Virus record (IMG/VR): IMGVR_UViG_3300049926_000051
Span: 1 to 51,830 of that record
DNA length: 51,830 nucleotides
Reading direction: 5' to 3' (one strand)
DNA from: a virus
Lineage: Duplodnaviria; Caudoviricetes
Positions 1-9,385 of this stretch are shown here, piece by piece. How positions within the stretch are numbered: the first letter of the stretch is position 1; each line of letters begins with the position of its first letter. The translations under genes were made by a program, and so were the position numbers. The notes beneath the pieces are model-generated. The model did not search any database. It was not told where the DNA came from and saw nothing but the letters and a program-made list of their open reading frames with translations.

Positions 1-343
1 AAAACTCCAGCGTCGTGGCCTGGGGAAACTCCAGCGTCGAGGCCCGGGAAAACTCCAGCGTCGAGGCCCGGGAAAACTCCAGCGTCGAGGCCCGGGAAAA
101 CTCCAGCGTCGTGGCCTGGGGAAACTCCAGCGTCGAGGCCCGGGAAAACTCCAGCGTCGAGGCCCGGGAAAACTCCAGCGTCGAGGCCCGGGAAAACTCC
201 AGCGTCGTGGCCTGGGAAAACTCCAGCGTCGTGGCCTGGGGAAACTCCAGCGTCGAGGCCCGGGAAAACTCCAGCGTCGAGGCCCGGGAAAACTCCAGCG
301 TCGAGGCCCGGGAAAACTCCAGCGTCGTGGCCTGGGGAAACTC
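1..343 (+). repeat. 24-nt coding tandem repeat (about 14 units), NSSV[V/E]A[W/R][E/G]
   Basis: Unit aactccagcgtcg(t/a)ggcc(t/c)ggg(a/g)a repeated head to tail. The same repeat occurs at the far end of the window. Confidence 0.97.
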
Positions 344-527
344 GATCATTCACCGTCCCGCTTCGGATTGGAGGCTGCAATCATCCGTCATCAAGGTTAA
401 TGACCGGGCGGTCTTGATTGACCAGACCGGCGCAACTCCGATGGTCTCAACCGCGGCCGGACTTCTGGTTCCAGCTTCGTCGGTCAAGCCCAGAGCGAAG
501 CGCACAAAGAAGACGGTGACGAAATGA
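1..527 (+). CDS. C-terminal half of the octapeptide-repeat (beta-solenoid-like) protein; continues from 51133 across the contig junction
   Basis: Open frame of repeats, then a unique tail to TGA at 527. Bases 1-89 equal 51719-51807. Confidence 0.85.
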   Translation, partial: NSSVVAWGNSSVEARENSSVEARENSSVEARENSSVVAWGNSSVEARENSSVEARENSSVEARENSSVVAWENSSVVAWGNSSVEARENSSVEARENSSVEARENSSVVAWGNSIIHRPASDWRLQSSVIKVNDRAVLIDQTGATPMVSTAAGLLVPASSVKPRAKRTKKTVTK

Positions 528-892
528 GCCCCTTCGACATGATGATTCTGCCTCCGTTGTCAGAAACCGAAGCCGCTTCTCCGCTCGTGGAGTTACTGAA
601 CCGGCCGGTCACTCGGGAACCGGAACGAACAGAACCACAGAAGCCGTTCCGTCGGGCTCCCGATCAGAAGCAGATCGCAGCGGTTTGGCAAGCGAGTTGG
701 AAGGCGCAACAGCCTAAGGAAGAACCGTCGCCGTGGTCTGGCATCGACTTTTCGTATGGCCGAGGTTCAGTCGCTCGGACGCCGATGTCATTTTGGGGTC
801 CGTTGCTAGATGCTGGGCTGGTCGCGCAGCAACTCAACGCAGAACCCGAAAAGGCGTGTGTGATCTGTGGGATGCTTAATTGCCGGCTCTAG
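524..892 (+). CDS. hypothetical protein
   Basis: ATGA overlap with the upstream stop; C-terminal CxxC..C. Confidence 0.6.
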   Translation: MSPFDMMILPPLSETEAASPLVELLNRPVTREPERTEPQKPFRRAPDQKQIAAVWQASWKAQQPKEEPSPWSGIDFSYGRGSVARTPMSFWGPLLDAGLVAQQLNAEPEKACVICGMLNCRL

Positions 893-900
893 GAAATCTG

Positions 901-1116
901 ATGACTCCCAAAACTCGCGCCGCCTGCAATCTCGTTTTCTACTGCAGTATCGAAGCCGGCATTTCTCCCTCTGACGCTCGCGATCTTGTTGTCGCCACGT
1001 TGCTTGCTGGTGCTCGAGCCGCAATCGACCTGAACGCCGAAGAGAAGATTCGCCGCGACATCACTCAACGCACAACTGGAATCGTCTTGGCTCTCCGCGA
1101 AAGAAAGGCGGCCTAG
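901..1116 (+). CDS. hypothetical protein
   Basis: ATG at 901 after AGGA; abuts the next gene. Confidence 0.6.
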   Translation: MTPKTRAACNLVFYCSIEAGISPSDARDLVVATLLAGARAAIDLNAEEKIRRDITQRTTGIVLALRERKAA

Positions 1117-1347
1117 ATGGAAACGCCGTTTGCGCATCCGAAAGATACGCGCTACGTCGATGCTGCCCGTAAGCTTCGCATGAGCCGTCGGGCTTGGTTC
1201 GACGCATGCAAGATGCCCGTTGCTGAAGAGACGGCAACGCAATGGTGCACCGAGGTCGAAACGAGGCACATCGCTTACCTGGTGGCGCTCAACGAGATAC
1301 GCGCTGAAGAGGATCGGATCCTGAGCGAAGAAAGAAGGGTGGCGTAA
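1117..1347 (+). CDS. hypothetical protein
   Basis: Tightly packed between neighbours (TAG-ATG, TAATG). Confidence 0.65.
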   Translation: METPFAHPKDTRYVDAARKLRMSRRAWFDACKMPVAEETATQWCTEVETRHIAYLVALNEIRAEEDRILSEERRVA

Positions 1348-1667
1348 TGCGCGCCAGCGAAATGTATCTCCGCGCGGGCGACATCATCCGCGAGCGGGGA
1401 CATTACAAGGGTTGGTATTCAGACGCTAACACCGGGCGGTGTTGTCTTCTCGGTGCCTGCAATGTCGTCATGAATGGCCAGGCGAACGACTCCAGAAATA
1501 TCCTGCGGAATACGTCGAGCCTAGATGACGTGCTATTGACCTCAGCGCCCTGCGCCTGGAACGACGCTCCCGGGCGCACCGAAGCCGAGGTTCTGATCGC
1601 GCTGGATGCGGCGTTTGTGCTCGCGCTACAAGAAGAAGGCGAAGACCTGGACGAGGTGTTCAAGTGA
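1347..1667 (+). CDS. DUF6197-like phage protein
   Basis: CLLGA ... WNDAPGRTEAEVL motif pattern, recalled from this small phage family. Confidence 0.6.
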   Translation: MRASEMYLRAGDIIRERGHYKGWYSDANTGRCCLLGACNVVMNGQANDSRNILRNTSSLDDVLLTSAPCAWNDAPGRTEAEVLIALDAAFVLALQEEGEDLDEVFK

Positions 1668-2056
1668 GCCTCCGCGGAGCCCAGAACTACGTCCGCGCAT
1701 TCCATCGCAAGTTCGAACAGGGCAACCCGGACGAACCGACGTTGCCTGGCCAAGGGACGATCTTGAACCGAATTCGCTGGATCGATTCCGAGTTGGCCGA
1801 GATCGAGGCAGCCCTTGATATGACGGACGAACGTGAAGCGCTTGCCGGGTTGGCAGACGGCTACATCGACGTCATCGTGTTTGCGCTCGGCGGTCTGGTT
1901 GAATGCGGCGTTGACGGTACGCCATTGTTCGATGAGGTCATGCGCGCCAACATGACGAAAGTGAAAGTTCCGGGAGTGGCCAAAATCCAAAAACCTGCCA
2001 CCTTTGTTCATCCGGACATTGCGACACTGATCGACACGCAACGGAGTCGCAAGTGA
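1664..2056 (+). CDS. MazG-like / PRA-PH all-alpha NTP pyrophosphohydrolase
   Basis: VRAFHRKF, SELAE, LADGYIDVI, FDEVMRANMTK, KIQKP motifs. Confidence 0.85.
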   Translation: MSLRGAQNYVRAFHRKFEQGNPDEPTLPGQGTILNRIRWIDSELAEIEAALDMTDEREALAGLADGYIDVIVFALGGLVECGVDGTPLFDEVMRANMTKVKVPGVAKIQKPATFVHPDIATLIDTQRSRK

Positions 2057-3132
2057 AGAACGACGACGTCAAGATCATCCCGAACCTTCTGCTTTCGCTC
2101 GTGCGTCTCGACGGCGGTACACAGTCGCGGATCGCCATGAATGAAGAGACCATCGAGGAGTATTTCGAGGTCTACAAGGAAGTGCCCGACAAGATGCGGC
2201 CGATCGTCGTCTTCCTGGACACGGACAAGCGCTATTGGTTGGCTGACGGTTTCCACCGTATCTATGCGGCGCAGCGGGCAAGCTTGACGCGCGTCAACGC
2301 CGAGATTCACAAGGGCTCGCTTCGTGACGCGATCTTGTACTCCCTCAAGGCGAACGCGCTTCACGGTCTCAAGAGGACGAACCTGGATAAGCGCCGAGCG
2401 GTCGAGATCCTGTTGCGTGACCCCGAGTGGGGCGTGCGCACTGACCGCTGGATCGGCGAAGCGGGCGGCGTCAGTCACAATTTCGTGAACCGCATTCGTG
2501 ACGACTTGCGCGAATTGGGCGAATTGGCACAAATGCCAATGGGTCTAGTCGGCAAGGACGGACGGCTGTGGAAAGATTTGGAATCCCCTGCGGAAGACAT
2601 GGACACCGCCACAAAAAGAGACTCTATCTCTCGGCAACCGTCCCTGGGCTCGAGCGGAGAATCGGTCCAAATGCGAGAGTCATCGGCGCATGAATCCGAT
2701 GGCGGCGAGAAGGGGGCGGACGATATTCGAGCCGTTCCGGACGGTGTTGTCGGTTCGTCCGCCCCCTGTGTGCCACCGATCGATATGCTCGGCGTGGAAG
2801 CCTCGGATGAGTGGATCGAAAACGTCTCAGCGGTTCGGGCGGAGTTGTCGAAAGTCGATTCGCACCTGCGGGAGAGTCAGAAGATCTTGTCTCCCGTCTT
2901 GGCCGGCGCGCGCAACGAAGAAGAAGCGCGACGATATGGACGACTCATGTCGCAGCTTGCTGATACGCTTGATGTACTTGACGAGGCAACGCCCGAGAAG
3001 ATGTGCCGATGCCAAGATCCCGACGGCACCGCAGGACGACGGTCGCAGTGCCTCGCCTGCCACGACACCGGTTATCTGACCGTCGAGCAAGTGCGCAATG
3101 TCGACGACGCGTTTTGGAAGGGTGCGGCGTAA
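2053..3132 (+). CDS. ParB/Srx-like domain protein with HTH and C-terminal Cys cluster
   Basis: GTQSR, PIVVF, LADGFHR, ANALHGL..DKRRAV, GVSHNFVNRIR, then CRC..CLAC. Confidence 0.85.
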   Translation: MKNDDVKIIPNLLLSLVRLDGGTQSRIAMNEETIEEYFEVYKEVPDKMRPIVVFLDTDKRYWLADGFHRIYAAQRASLTRVNAEIHKGSLRDAILYSLKANALHGLKRTNLDKRRAVEILLRDPEWGVRTDRWIGEAGGVSHNFVNRIRDDLRELGELAQMPMGLVGKDGRLWKDLESPAEDMDTATKRDSISRQPSLGSSGESVQMRESSAHESDGGEKGADDIRAVPDGVVGSSAPCVPPIDMLGVEASDEWIENVSAVRAELSKVDSHLRESQKILSPVLAGARNEEEARRYGRLMSQLADTLDVLDEATPEKMCRCQDPDGTAGRRSQCLACHDTGYLTVEQVRNVDDAFWKGAA

Positions 3133-3162
3133 TGGCGTTCTCGTCGTGCGGTGAGAACATGA

Positions 3163-4893
3163 GTGGGCCTATCACTCACTGAGCAGCTTCCGCTAGACGC
3201 GCTGATCTCGGTCCCTGCGAAGAGAACTCGCAAGGCGCGTGACTATCAGACCGCAGCAGTACGGGCGAATCTAGAGGCACTCTCTCGTGTCCGTGGCGTA
3301 CTGGACGTGTGCGCCACGGGCCTTGGCAAGACAGAGATCGGTTGTTGGACCATCGAGGATTGGGCCGCCCAGCAAGAAGGCGACATTCTGTGGTTGGCCC
3401 ACCGTGAGGAGCTTATTCGCGACGCCGCAACGCGCCTGCATCTTAGGACGGGCCTGCCGGTTTCGATCGAGATGGCAGACGAAGAATCGTGGGGTACCAG
3501 AATCGTTGTCGGCTCGGTCCAAACGCTGCGCGAGAAACGTCTCAAACGATTTCGCCCTGACCGCTTCTCTCTCATCGTCACCGATGAAGCGCACAGAAGC
3601 CCCGCGCCGTCATATCGCACGATCTTCAATTACTTTTCGAAGGCCAAGATCCTTGGGCTAACCGCCACTGCGGATCGGCTTGACGGAGTGGCGCAGGGCA
3701 CGGTCTACGACGAGGTCGCTTTTCGCAAGGACATCGATGAAGGGATCAGCGAAGGCTTCCTGGTCCCGATCGTCCCCATCGCCGCATTCATTGACTCGGT
3801 CAATCTCGGTGGAATCAAGACAGTTGCGGGCGACCTGGCCGAAGGCGAGCTCGAAGACGAGATGGTGCGGTCTGTTGCCGCAATCGCACGCAAGACATTC
3901 GATCTAGTCGGCGACCGTCGTACGCTCGTTTTCACGCCCGGCGTTGGTTCAGCGCACAAAGTCTGCGATGCGCTGAATGAGATCCGTTCAGGCTCGGCAC
4001 GGGTTGTCGACGGTGAGACACCAAAGGACATTCGTCGGGAGATTCTTCGAGCGCACCGCGCTGGAGAGTTTCAGTTTCTCATCAACTGTCTGGTGTTCAC
4101 CGAGGGCTACGATGACCCCGGTATCCAAGCGATAGTCAATGCGCGGCCGACTAAGTCGCGGGCGATGTATGTTCAGATCGCAGGGCGAGGTTTGCGCGTG
4201 CTGCCCGGTATCGGTGAATTGGCAACCGAAGATGAGCGTACCGCAGCGATCGCCGCTTCGCTCAAACCGAACTGTTTGCTCATTGACATCACCGGTCACC
4301 CCGGACGTCACAACCTAATCGGCCCCGTCGATCTCCTTGGCGGCAAGTTCCCTCCCGAGGTCAAGGAACGAGCGAAGAAGATCCTTGAGAAGGAGGGCGG
4401 CGACCTAACCCAAGTCGTTGAGAAAGCACGCAACCAACTCGTCTTCGAGGAATCGGAACGGCGGCGAAAGGCCGATGCCAAGCGAGCCGCGGAGGCCGAG
4501 GTCAACGCGCGAACTGCCGAGTTTGAGTTGTTCCGCGACAACCTCCGCGATCAGGGCATCGGGTTGGGCGACTTCAAGCCCGAGTGGCTAGGGCAGCAAC
4601 TCAATGAACGAGATCGCGAGTGGCTTGGTTCAAACAAGATCCCTGCGAAGGGCTTGTCACATTCTGATGTGCTCAAACTCCAACGATCGGCCGCGATGTG
4701 GCGCAAGATCAATGCTGCGACGTTTGCGCAACGAAGACTGCTTGCGCATCTCGGAATACCTGTTAAGCACAATATGCCACGGTCAGTTGCTGAGACACTG
4801 ATCGCGACCCTGAACGCTGGACCGGGTCCGATCACGAAGAAGCAACTCGACACCGTGTTGACTGCTGGTCGTGACGTAGGGGCCGAAGGATGA
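3163..4893 (+). CDS. SF2 (DEAH) DNA helicase
   Basis: ATGLGKT (Walker A), DEAH, TAT, FTEGYD, QIAGRGLR motifs. Confidence 0.93.
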   Translation: MGLSLTEQLPLDALISVPAKRTRKARDYQTAAVRANLEALSRVRGVLDVCATGLGKTEIGCWTIEDWAAQQEGDILWLAHREELIRDAATRLHLRTGLPVSIEMADEESWGTRIVVGSVQTLREKRLKRFRPDRFSLIVTDEAHRSPAPSYRTIFNYFSKAKILGLTATADRLDGVAQGTVYDEVAFRKDIDEGISEGFLVPIVPIAAFIDSVNLGGIKTVAGDLAEGELEDEMVRSVAAIARKTFDLVGDRRTLVFTPGVGSAHKVCDALNEIRSGSARVVDGETPKDIRREILRAHRAGEFQFLINCLVFTEGYDDPGIQAIVNARPTKSRAMYVQIAGRGLRVLPGIGELATEDERTAAIAASLKPNCLLIDITGHPGRHNLIGPVDLLGGKFPPEVKERAKKILEKEGGDLTQVVEKARNQLVFEESERRRKADAKRAAEAEVNARTAEFELFRDNLRDQGIGLGDFKPEWLGQQLNERDREWLGSNKIPAKGLSHSDVLKLQRSAAMWRKINAATFAQRRLLAHLGIPVKHNMPRSVAETLIATLNAGPGPITKKQLDTVLTAGRDVGAEG

Positions 4894-5324
4894 GTACGAT
4901 AACGCAAGAGCATCTCCCGATGCTGAGCGATCGCGAACGAGAGGTCTGGTCGCTGCGGCTCAGCGGGTTAGAACAGCAGGAGATAGCGGACGCGCTGGGT
5001 TGCACGATCTTCGTTGTGCGTACCGCACTTCGTTCAGGAGCGAACCGGGTCGCCCGCGGTGCGCCGGCCAAGGATCGGAACAGAGACAAGTTTCGTGACC
5101 TAGGCAAACTCGGTCGCTGTCACTGCGGGATGCTTCTTCCTTGCTATCACGAGGACCCCATTGAACTGGCCTCACGACGCCGCTTCTTCGACACCCGATC
5201 CTTGGTCGAAAGTGATCCAGAGATTAGGAAAACGCGTCGTGCGACGAAGCGGCTCAACTACGTTCGCGATATGCCCGGCACACAACGACGACAAAGCGAG
5301 CCTGACGCTACGAAGGGGCGATAA
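4890..5324 (+). CDS. sigma70 region 4 / LuxR-type HTH protein
   Basis: LSDREREVWSLRLSGLEQQEIADALGCT..VR, followed by CHC..PC. Confidence 0.75.
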   Translation: MSTITQEHLPMLSDREREVWSLRLSGLEQQEIADALGCTIFVVRTALRSGANRVARGAPAKDRNRDKFRDLGKLGRCHCGMLLPCYHEDPIELASRRRFFDTRSLVESDPEIRKTRRATKRLNYVRDMPGTQRRQSEPDATKGR

Positions 5325-6048
5325 ATGGTCGGTGCTTCTCTACTGCCACGCCGGTTGCAAGACCGAGGACGTACTTGCGGCGGTCGGTTTAACATGGGCG
5401 GACACGACGAAAGACCGCGCCATGGATAAGCGCATCGTTGCGTCATACCCGTACGTCGACGAGCACGGCGTGGTGCTTTACGAGGTCTTGCGCTACGAGC
5501 CGAAAGACTTCCGCCAGCGACGCATGACTGAACACGGCTGGGAGTGGCAACTGGGAGATGTGCGCCGCGTGCTGTACCACCTGCCAGAACTGCTGAGCAG
5601 CAAGCCTAGGATGGCATTCGTCGTCGAGGGGGAAAGGGATGTCGAATCGCTTGAGCGCCTTGGTTGCATTGCTACGACGAATGCAGGCGGAGCAGGGAAA
5701 TGGCGTCCTGAATACTCTGCAAGCCTTGCGGGTCGTCACGTGGTCATTCTTCCCGACAACGACGAACCAGGGCAACGTCACGCTGAGCTTGTTCGGGACA
5801 GTCTCACGGAAGCCGCAAGCATCAAGATAGTTAAGCTGCCTGGTCTAGGCGAAAAGGCGGACGTCAGCGATTGGTTAGTGGCTGGTAATTCACGTGACAT
5901 CCTCGCGGCCTTGATCAAGGAGACGCCGTCGGTGAAACCGCAGAATCGTGACGATCGGATTCGACGGCGTCTCAAGGAGATCGAGGCGAACCTTGGCAGC
6001 ATTTGTGACGCGCTTAGCGAACTGACCGAATTACTTGGAAGGAACTGA
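5161..6048 (+). CDS. DNA primase (Zn-binding plus TOPRIM)
   Basis: CPAHND..YCHAGC zinc finger; VVEGERD, PDNDEPG and DVSDW TOPRIM motifs; GAGG before the TTG start. Confidence 0.9.
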   Translation: MNWPHDAASSTPDPWSKVIQRLGKRVVRRSGSTTFAICPAHNDDKASLTLRRGDKWSVLLYCHAGCKTEDVLAAVGLTWADTTKDRAMDKRIVASYPYVDEHGVVLYEVLRYEPKDFRQRRMTEHGWEWQLGDVRRVLYHLPELLSSKPRMAFVVEGERDVESLERLGCIATTNAGGAGKWRPEYSASLAGRHVVILPDNDEPGQRHAELVRDSLTEAASIKIVKLPGLGEKADVSDWLVAGNSRDILAALIKETPSVKPQNRDDRIRRRLKEIEANLGSICDALSELTELLGRN

Positions 6049-6050
6049 CC

Positions 6051-6251
6051 ATGTTTGAGTTCAAGAATGTTACCGAATCTTCTCGCACGTACCACTACAG
6101 CGACGGCAAGTGCTTTACGATCAAGAACGTTCGTAAGGTTTACGTCAAGCCCGACACCGGTACTCATCGCATCGAAGACGACGCCGGAACGAAATGGATT
6201 GTACCAACCGGTTGGGTGGCCATCGAGTTCAACGGCGAGTGGGTCTTTTAA
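6051..6251 (+). CDS. small hypothetical protein
   Basis: AGGA then ATG; compact beta-rich 66 aa. Confidence 0.7.
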   Translation: MFEFKNVTESSRTYHYSDGKCFTIKNVRKVYVKPDTGTHRIEDDAGTKWIVPTGWVAIEFNGEWVF

Positions 6252-6257
6252 TGATCC

Positions 6258-6830
6258 ATGCACTGGATCAAATCTAGTCGGTTTGACCCACAAGCATGCG
6301 TAGTTGCTGATCGGCATTACAACCGCCAGAAGATCGGATCGCCTCAATTCGTTCCGCCTGGCGGTTGTCTTGTCCTGGCTACCGCTAGATATGGCGCCTT
6401 GTGGGTTACATCAACGCCAAAACCGGAGTACGTCAAGCACGCGTGGGCTGGGTCCTGGGTCAATTCGCTGTTTCGCAATGAGGATAGGTCGGTTTTGTCA
6501 TCCGCTCTGATTACAGAAGCCGTGTCCGCATCGGTTGCCGTCCTAGGAGCGCCGCCGAAAGAGGGATGGGTCTGCGTCGATACATTGCCAGCCGGGGTCC
6601 ATGGGCCGTTGAGGCATCGGTGGCAAAGGGGCGGAATCGTGACATTCGTAGACGCAGACAAGACAAAGAAGAAGCGCGACCCAGGACGTTGCTATGTCCG
6701 AGCTGGTTGGGAGCATGTTGGTTTCACCAAAGGCGGCCTGTGGGCGTTCCAATTACCCCCTGACAAGTTTCCCGAGCCGATACCACCGATGACGTTTCAG
6801 TTGGATCTTGAAAGCATGGTGTCTCAATGA
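6258..6830 (+). CDS. Mom-like (GNAT-related) DNA-modification protein, putative
   Basis: ADRHY..., FRNE...SSALI, IVTFVD...PGRCY..AGW resemble the Mom-family C-terminal motif. Confidence 0.55.
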   Translation: MHWIKSSRFDPQACVVADRHYNRQKIGSPQFVPPGGCLVLATARYGALWVTSTPKPEYVKHAWAGSWVNSLFRNEDRSVLSSALITEAVSASVAVLGAPPKEGWVCVDTLPAGVHGPLRHRWQRGGIVTFVDADKTKKKRDPGRCYVRAGWEHVGFTKGGLWAFQLPPDKFPEPIPPMTFQLDLESMVSQ

Positions 6831-6988
6831 GCAAGAAAGAACAAACGCTAGAGGAAGCCGAGTCGGATGTTGCAAGGGCCGAACTCGCGTTACAAAAGGC
6901 TCGGTTGAAACATCAACTGGCCGAGCGACGGTATTCGAAGGCCAGAGAATTGCGCGACCTGATCAAGGCGCGCGGATGCCAGCGGTAA
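6827..6988 (+). CDS. small coiled-coil protein (53 aa, not in the ORF track)
   Basis: MSKKEQTLEEAESDVARAELALQKARLK...; ATGA overlap with the upstream stop. Confidence 0.6.
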   Translation: MSKKEQTLEEAESDVARAELALQKARLKHQLAERRYSKARELRDLIKARGCQR

Positions 6989-7740
6989 AGCGACACAAGA
7001 CGCATATCCTAATCCCTGACCTTCAGGTACGAAGCGACATCGACTACTCACACCTGGAGCATATTGGCAATTACATCGTCGACTGCCAGCCGGATGTAAT
7101 CGTCCAGATCGGCGACTGGGCCGATTTACCATCGCTCTCTTCGTACGACGTTGGGCACGCGACGGCCGAGGGTAAGCGGTTCGTCGATGACATCAAAAGC
7201 GTTCGTCACTCGGTCGACTTACTTGAGCGGCCGATCCGCAAATACAATGCGAGGCGGCGCAACAAGTACCAGCCTCGCAAGGTGATTTGCCTAGGAAACC
7301 ACGAACAGCGTCTCTTGAGGCACGTTAACGAACATCCGCACCTGATCGGTCTCATGACCATGGACATGTTCGGGTTTGAGCAAGCCGGCTGGGAGGTCCA
7401 CCCGTTTCTCAAGATCGTGAACATCGACGGTTGCGAGTATACCCACTACGTTCAGTCTGGCGGCAAGAAAGAGAACGCAATTACGACCGCCGCTGGTCTA
7501 TTGCGTAAACGACACAACAGCATTTCTGTCGGGCACACACAAAAGCTTGACATAGCTATTCATGCGGCAACTCACCAGATTGGCCTAATCTCGGGGTGCG
7601 CATACACGCATCACGAAACCTATGCTGGCGAGCAGGGAGATTGCTCGAAGCGCGGCATTTGGCGCAAAAACGAGATGGTTCGGGGTGTGTATGACCCGAT
7701 GTACATCAGTCTTGGGTATCTGAAAAGACGGTGGTCCTAA
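6976..7740 (+). CDS. calcineurin-like metallophosphoesterase
   Basis: PDLQ, IGDWAD, LGNHE, YTH, GHTQ motifs; start placed at ATG 6976. Confidence 0.88.
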   Translation: MPAVKRHKTHILIPDLQVRSDIDYSHLEHIGNYIVDCQPDVIVQIGDWADLPSLSSYDVGHATAEGKRFVDDIKSVRHSVDLLERPIRKYNARRRNKYQPRKVICLGNHEQRLLRHVNEHPHLIGLMTMDMFGFEQAGWEVHPFLKIVNIDGCEYTHYVQSGGKKENAITTAAGLLRKRHNSISVGHTQKLDIAIHAATHQIGLISGCAYTHHETYAGEQGDCSKRGIWRKNEMVRGVYDPMYISLGYLKRRWS

Positions 7741-8079
7741 ATGCGAGTTGTCTATATCGCGGGAAAGTTTTCCGACCTGAATGCATGGCGCATTGAACTC
7801 AATATCCGCAAGGCCGAAGAACTCGGTTTGCAGGTTGCGGAACTCGGCGCATCACCGTTGATTCCACACGCTAATGCCAGATCGTTTCACGGAACGCGCA
7901 CGCCGCAGTTCTGGTATGATGCGACACTAGCTCTTTTGGTGAAGTCAGATGCGGTTCTTACCGTCGACAACTGGCACGACTCGGCCGGAGCGCTCAACGA
8001 AGTCGATACTGCCCTGCGCATGGGCATTCCCGTCTTTCATTCCCTCGACGATCTCGAAAGCTGGCTGCGTCATGGATAG
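7741..8079 (+). CDS. nucleoside 2-deoxyribosyltransferase-like / DUF4406-like protein
   Basis: VYIAG, SDAV...W..SAGA..E motifs. Confidence 0.75.
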   Translation: MRVVYIAGKFSDLNAWRIELNIRKAEELGLQVAELGASPLIPHANARSFHGTRTPQFWYDATLALLVKSDAVLTVDNWHDSAGALNEVDTALRMGIPVFHSLDDLESWLRHG

Positions 8080-8386
8080 ATGCACAAAGAACGCAGGTTG
8101 TTACGGGAAGGCCGGCCATGATGGCGGTTCTTCCGAAGATCGCACGCGACCGTGGTCGCATGATTATCCAGCAGACCCAATCAATCCATCGCATTACAAG
8201 ACCGCCGCCGGCATTGAGGCAATCGACGTCATGGAGGCGTTCGGACTAACCGAAGACGCGTACTTGTGCAACGCGACCAAGTACATCCTTCGGTGCGGCA
8301 AGAAAGACAATGTGCGGACAGAAGTCGCCAAGGCGATTTGGTGGCTAAACCGCAAACTGGAGAGACTTGCAAAAGATGGCTCGTAA
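8072..8386 (+). CDS. DUF3310 (SaV-like) protein
   Basis: DPINPSHY..IEAIDV...NATKYILRCGKK...KAIWWL. Confidence 0.85.
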   Translation: MDRCTKNAGCYGKAGHDGGSSEDRTRPWSHDYPADPINPSHYKTAAGIEAIDVMEAFGLTEDAYLCNATKYILRCGKKDNVRTEVAKAIWWLNRKLERLAKDGS

Positions 8387-8862
8387 TGCCGGCCCAGAAG
8401 CCTGGAAGAAGCGTTCAGGAAGTCGGTACGCCGCGGGAGTTCCTGGACGCGGTTGAAAAGAGGTTCGGCAAACTGCAGTGGGACCTTGCCGCCAATGCTG
8501 ACAACCACGTTACCGATGGCTGGTACGGACCCGGATCGTCGGTAAACGAGGATTCGTTTAGTGCGTGGTGGCATCGTGACGTAAACGGGTTGCTTTGGCT
8601 AAATCCGCCATACGCCAACATCGGAGACTGGGCACACAAGTGCGCCAACGAGTTCGTTGCGGGCGCTAACATACTAATGCTGCTCCCGGCGTCGATCGGG
8701 ACGAACTACTACCGAGAACTCGTTTGGCCCTATGCCAAGACCATCGCCCTTTCGCCTCGATTGACTTTCAATGGCCACTCACAAAGCTATCCGAAGGATC
8801 TTGTCCTAGCTCAATATGCTCCCGGCGCTGCTGGTCAACTTGAGTGCTGGCGCTGGAAGTGA
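8386..8862 (+). CDS. phage DNA N6-adenine methyltransferase
   Basis: TP..F, WDLAA..N and catalytic NPPY; start placed at ATG 8386 (TAATG). Confidence 0.88.
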   Translation: MPAQKPGRSVQEVGTPREFLDAVEKRFGKLQWDLAANADNHVTDGWYGPGSSVNEDSFSAWWHRDVNGLLWLNPPYANIGDWAHKCANEFVAGANILMLLPASIGTNYYRELVWPYAKTIALSPRLTFNGHSQSYPKDLVLAQYAPGAAGQLECWRWK

Positions 8863-9010
8863 TCCGCTCCTGTCTCTACCCGGCCTGTACGACCATCATG
8901 GTCTTCGGCCGTCAGACACACCACTCCGACTATTGCATGGTCCACGAACGAAGACCGCCACGATACGAGACAGACGCACAACGGACTGACCGCATACTTA
9001 GGGAATTGGG

Positions 9011-9385
9011 ATGGCGAAACAAAAGCTATTCACGATAACGCCGCAAGACTGCCGCGAAGAACGCTATCGTGGTTCAGGAACCGGTGGACAGAACCGCAAC
9101 AAGCGCGATACAGGCGTGCGGTTCACTCACGAACCTTCGGGTGCAGTCGGTGAGTCAGAGGCGCAACGAACGCAGATTGCTAACCGACGCGATGCCTTTC
9201 GAAAGATGGCCAGTTCGCCTCGGTTCATTATGTGGGCGAAGGCGCAAGGTCAGGCGCGTATCGAAGGTCACGCTAGCCTAGATCGCAAGATTGACGAGTT
9301 GATGGTCGAGAAGAATCTGCGCATTGAGACGAACGTCGGTTGTGCACCAGGGGAAGCCGCTTGCGACAAGGGCAAAGCACTATGA
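9011..9385 (+). CDS. release-factor-like GGQ peptidyl-tRNA hydrolase domain protein
   Basis: RGSGTGGQNRNK.DTGVR.TH.PSG...RTQ..NR. Confidence 0.9.
   Translation: MAKQKLFTITPQDCREERYRGSGTGGQNRNKRDTGVRFTHEPSGAVGESEAQRTQIANRRDAFRKMASSPRFIMWAKAQGQARIEGHASLDRKIDELMVEKNLRIETNVGCAPGEAACDKGKAL

Noticed and set aside
1-343. 24-nt repeats as a CRISPR array
   Set aside because: The units are contiguous with no unique spacers, stay in frame in a protein, and no cas genes are present.
9011-9385. GGQ protein as evidence of stop-codon reassignment
   Set aside because: Genes end in TAA, TAG and TGA and are intact under the standard code; no suppressor tRNA was seen.
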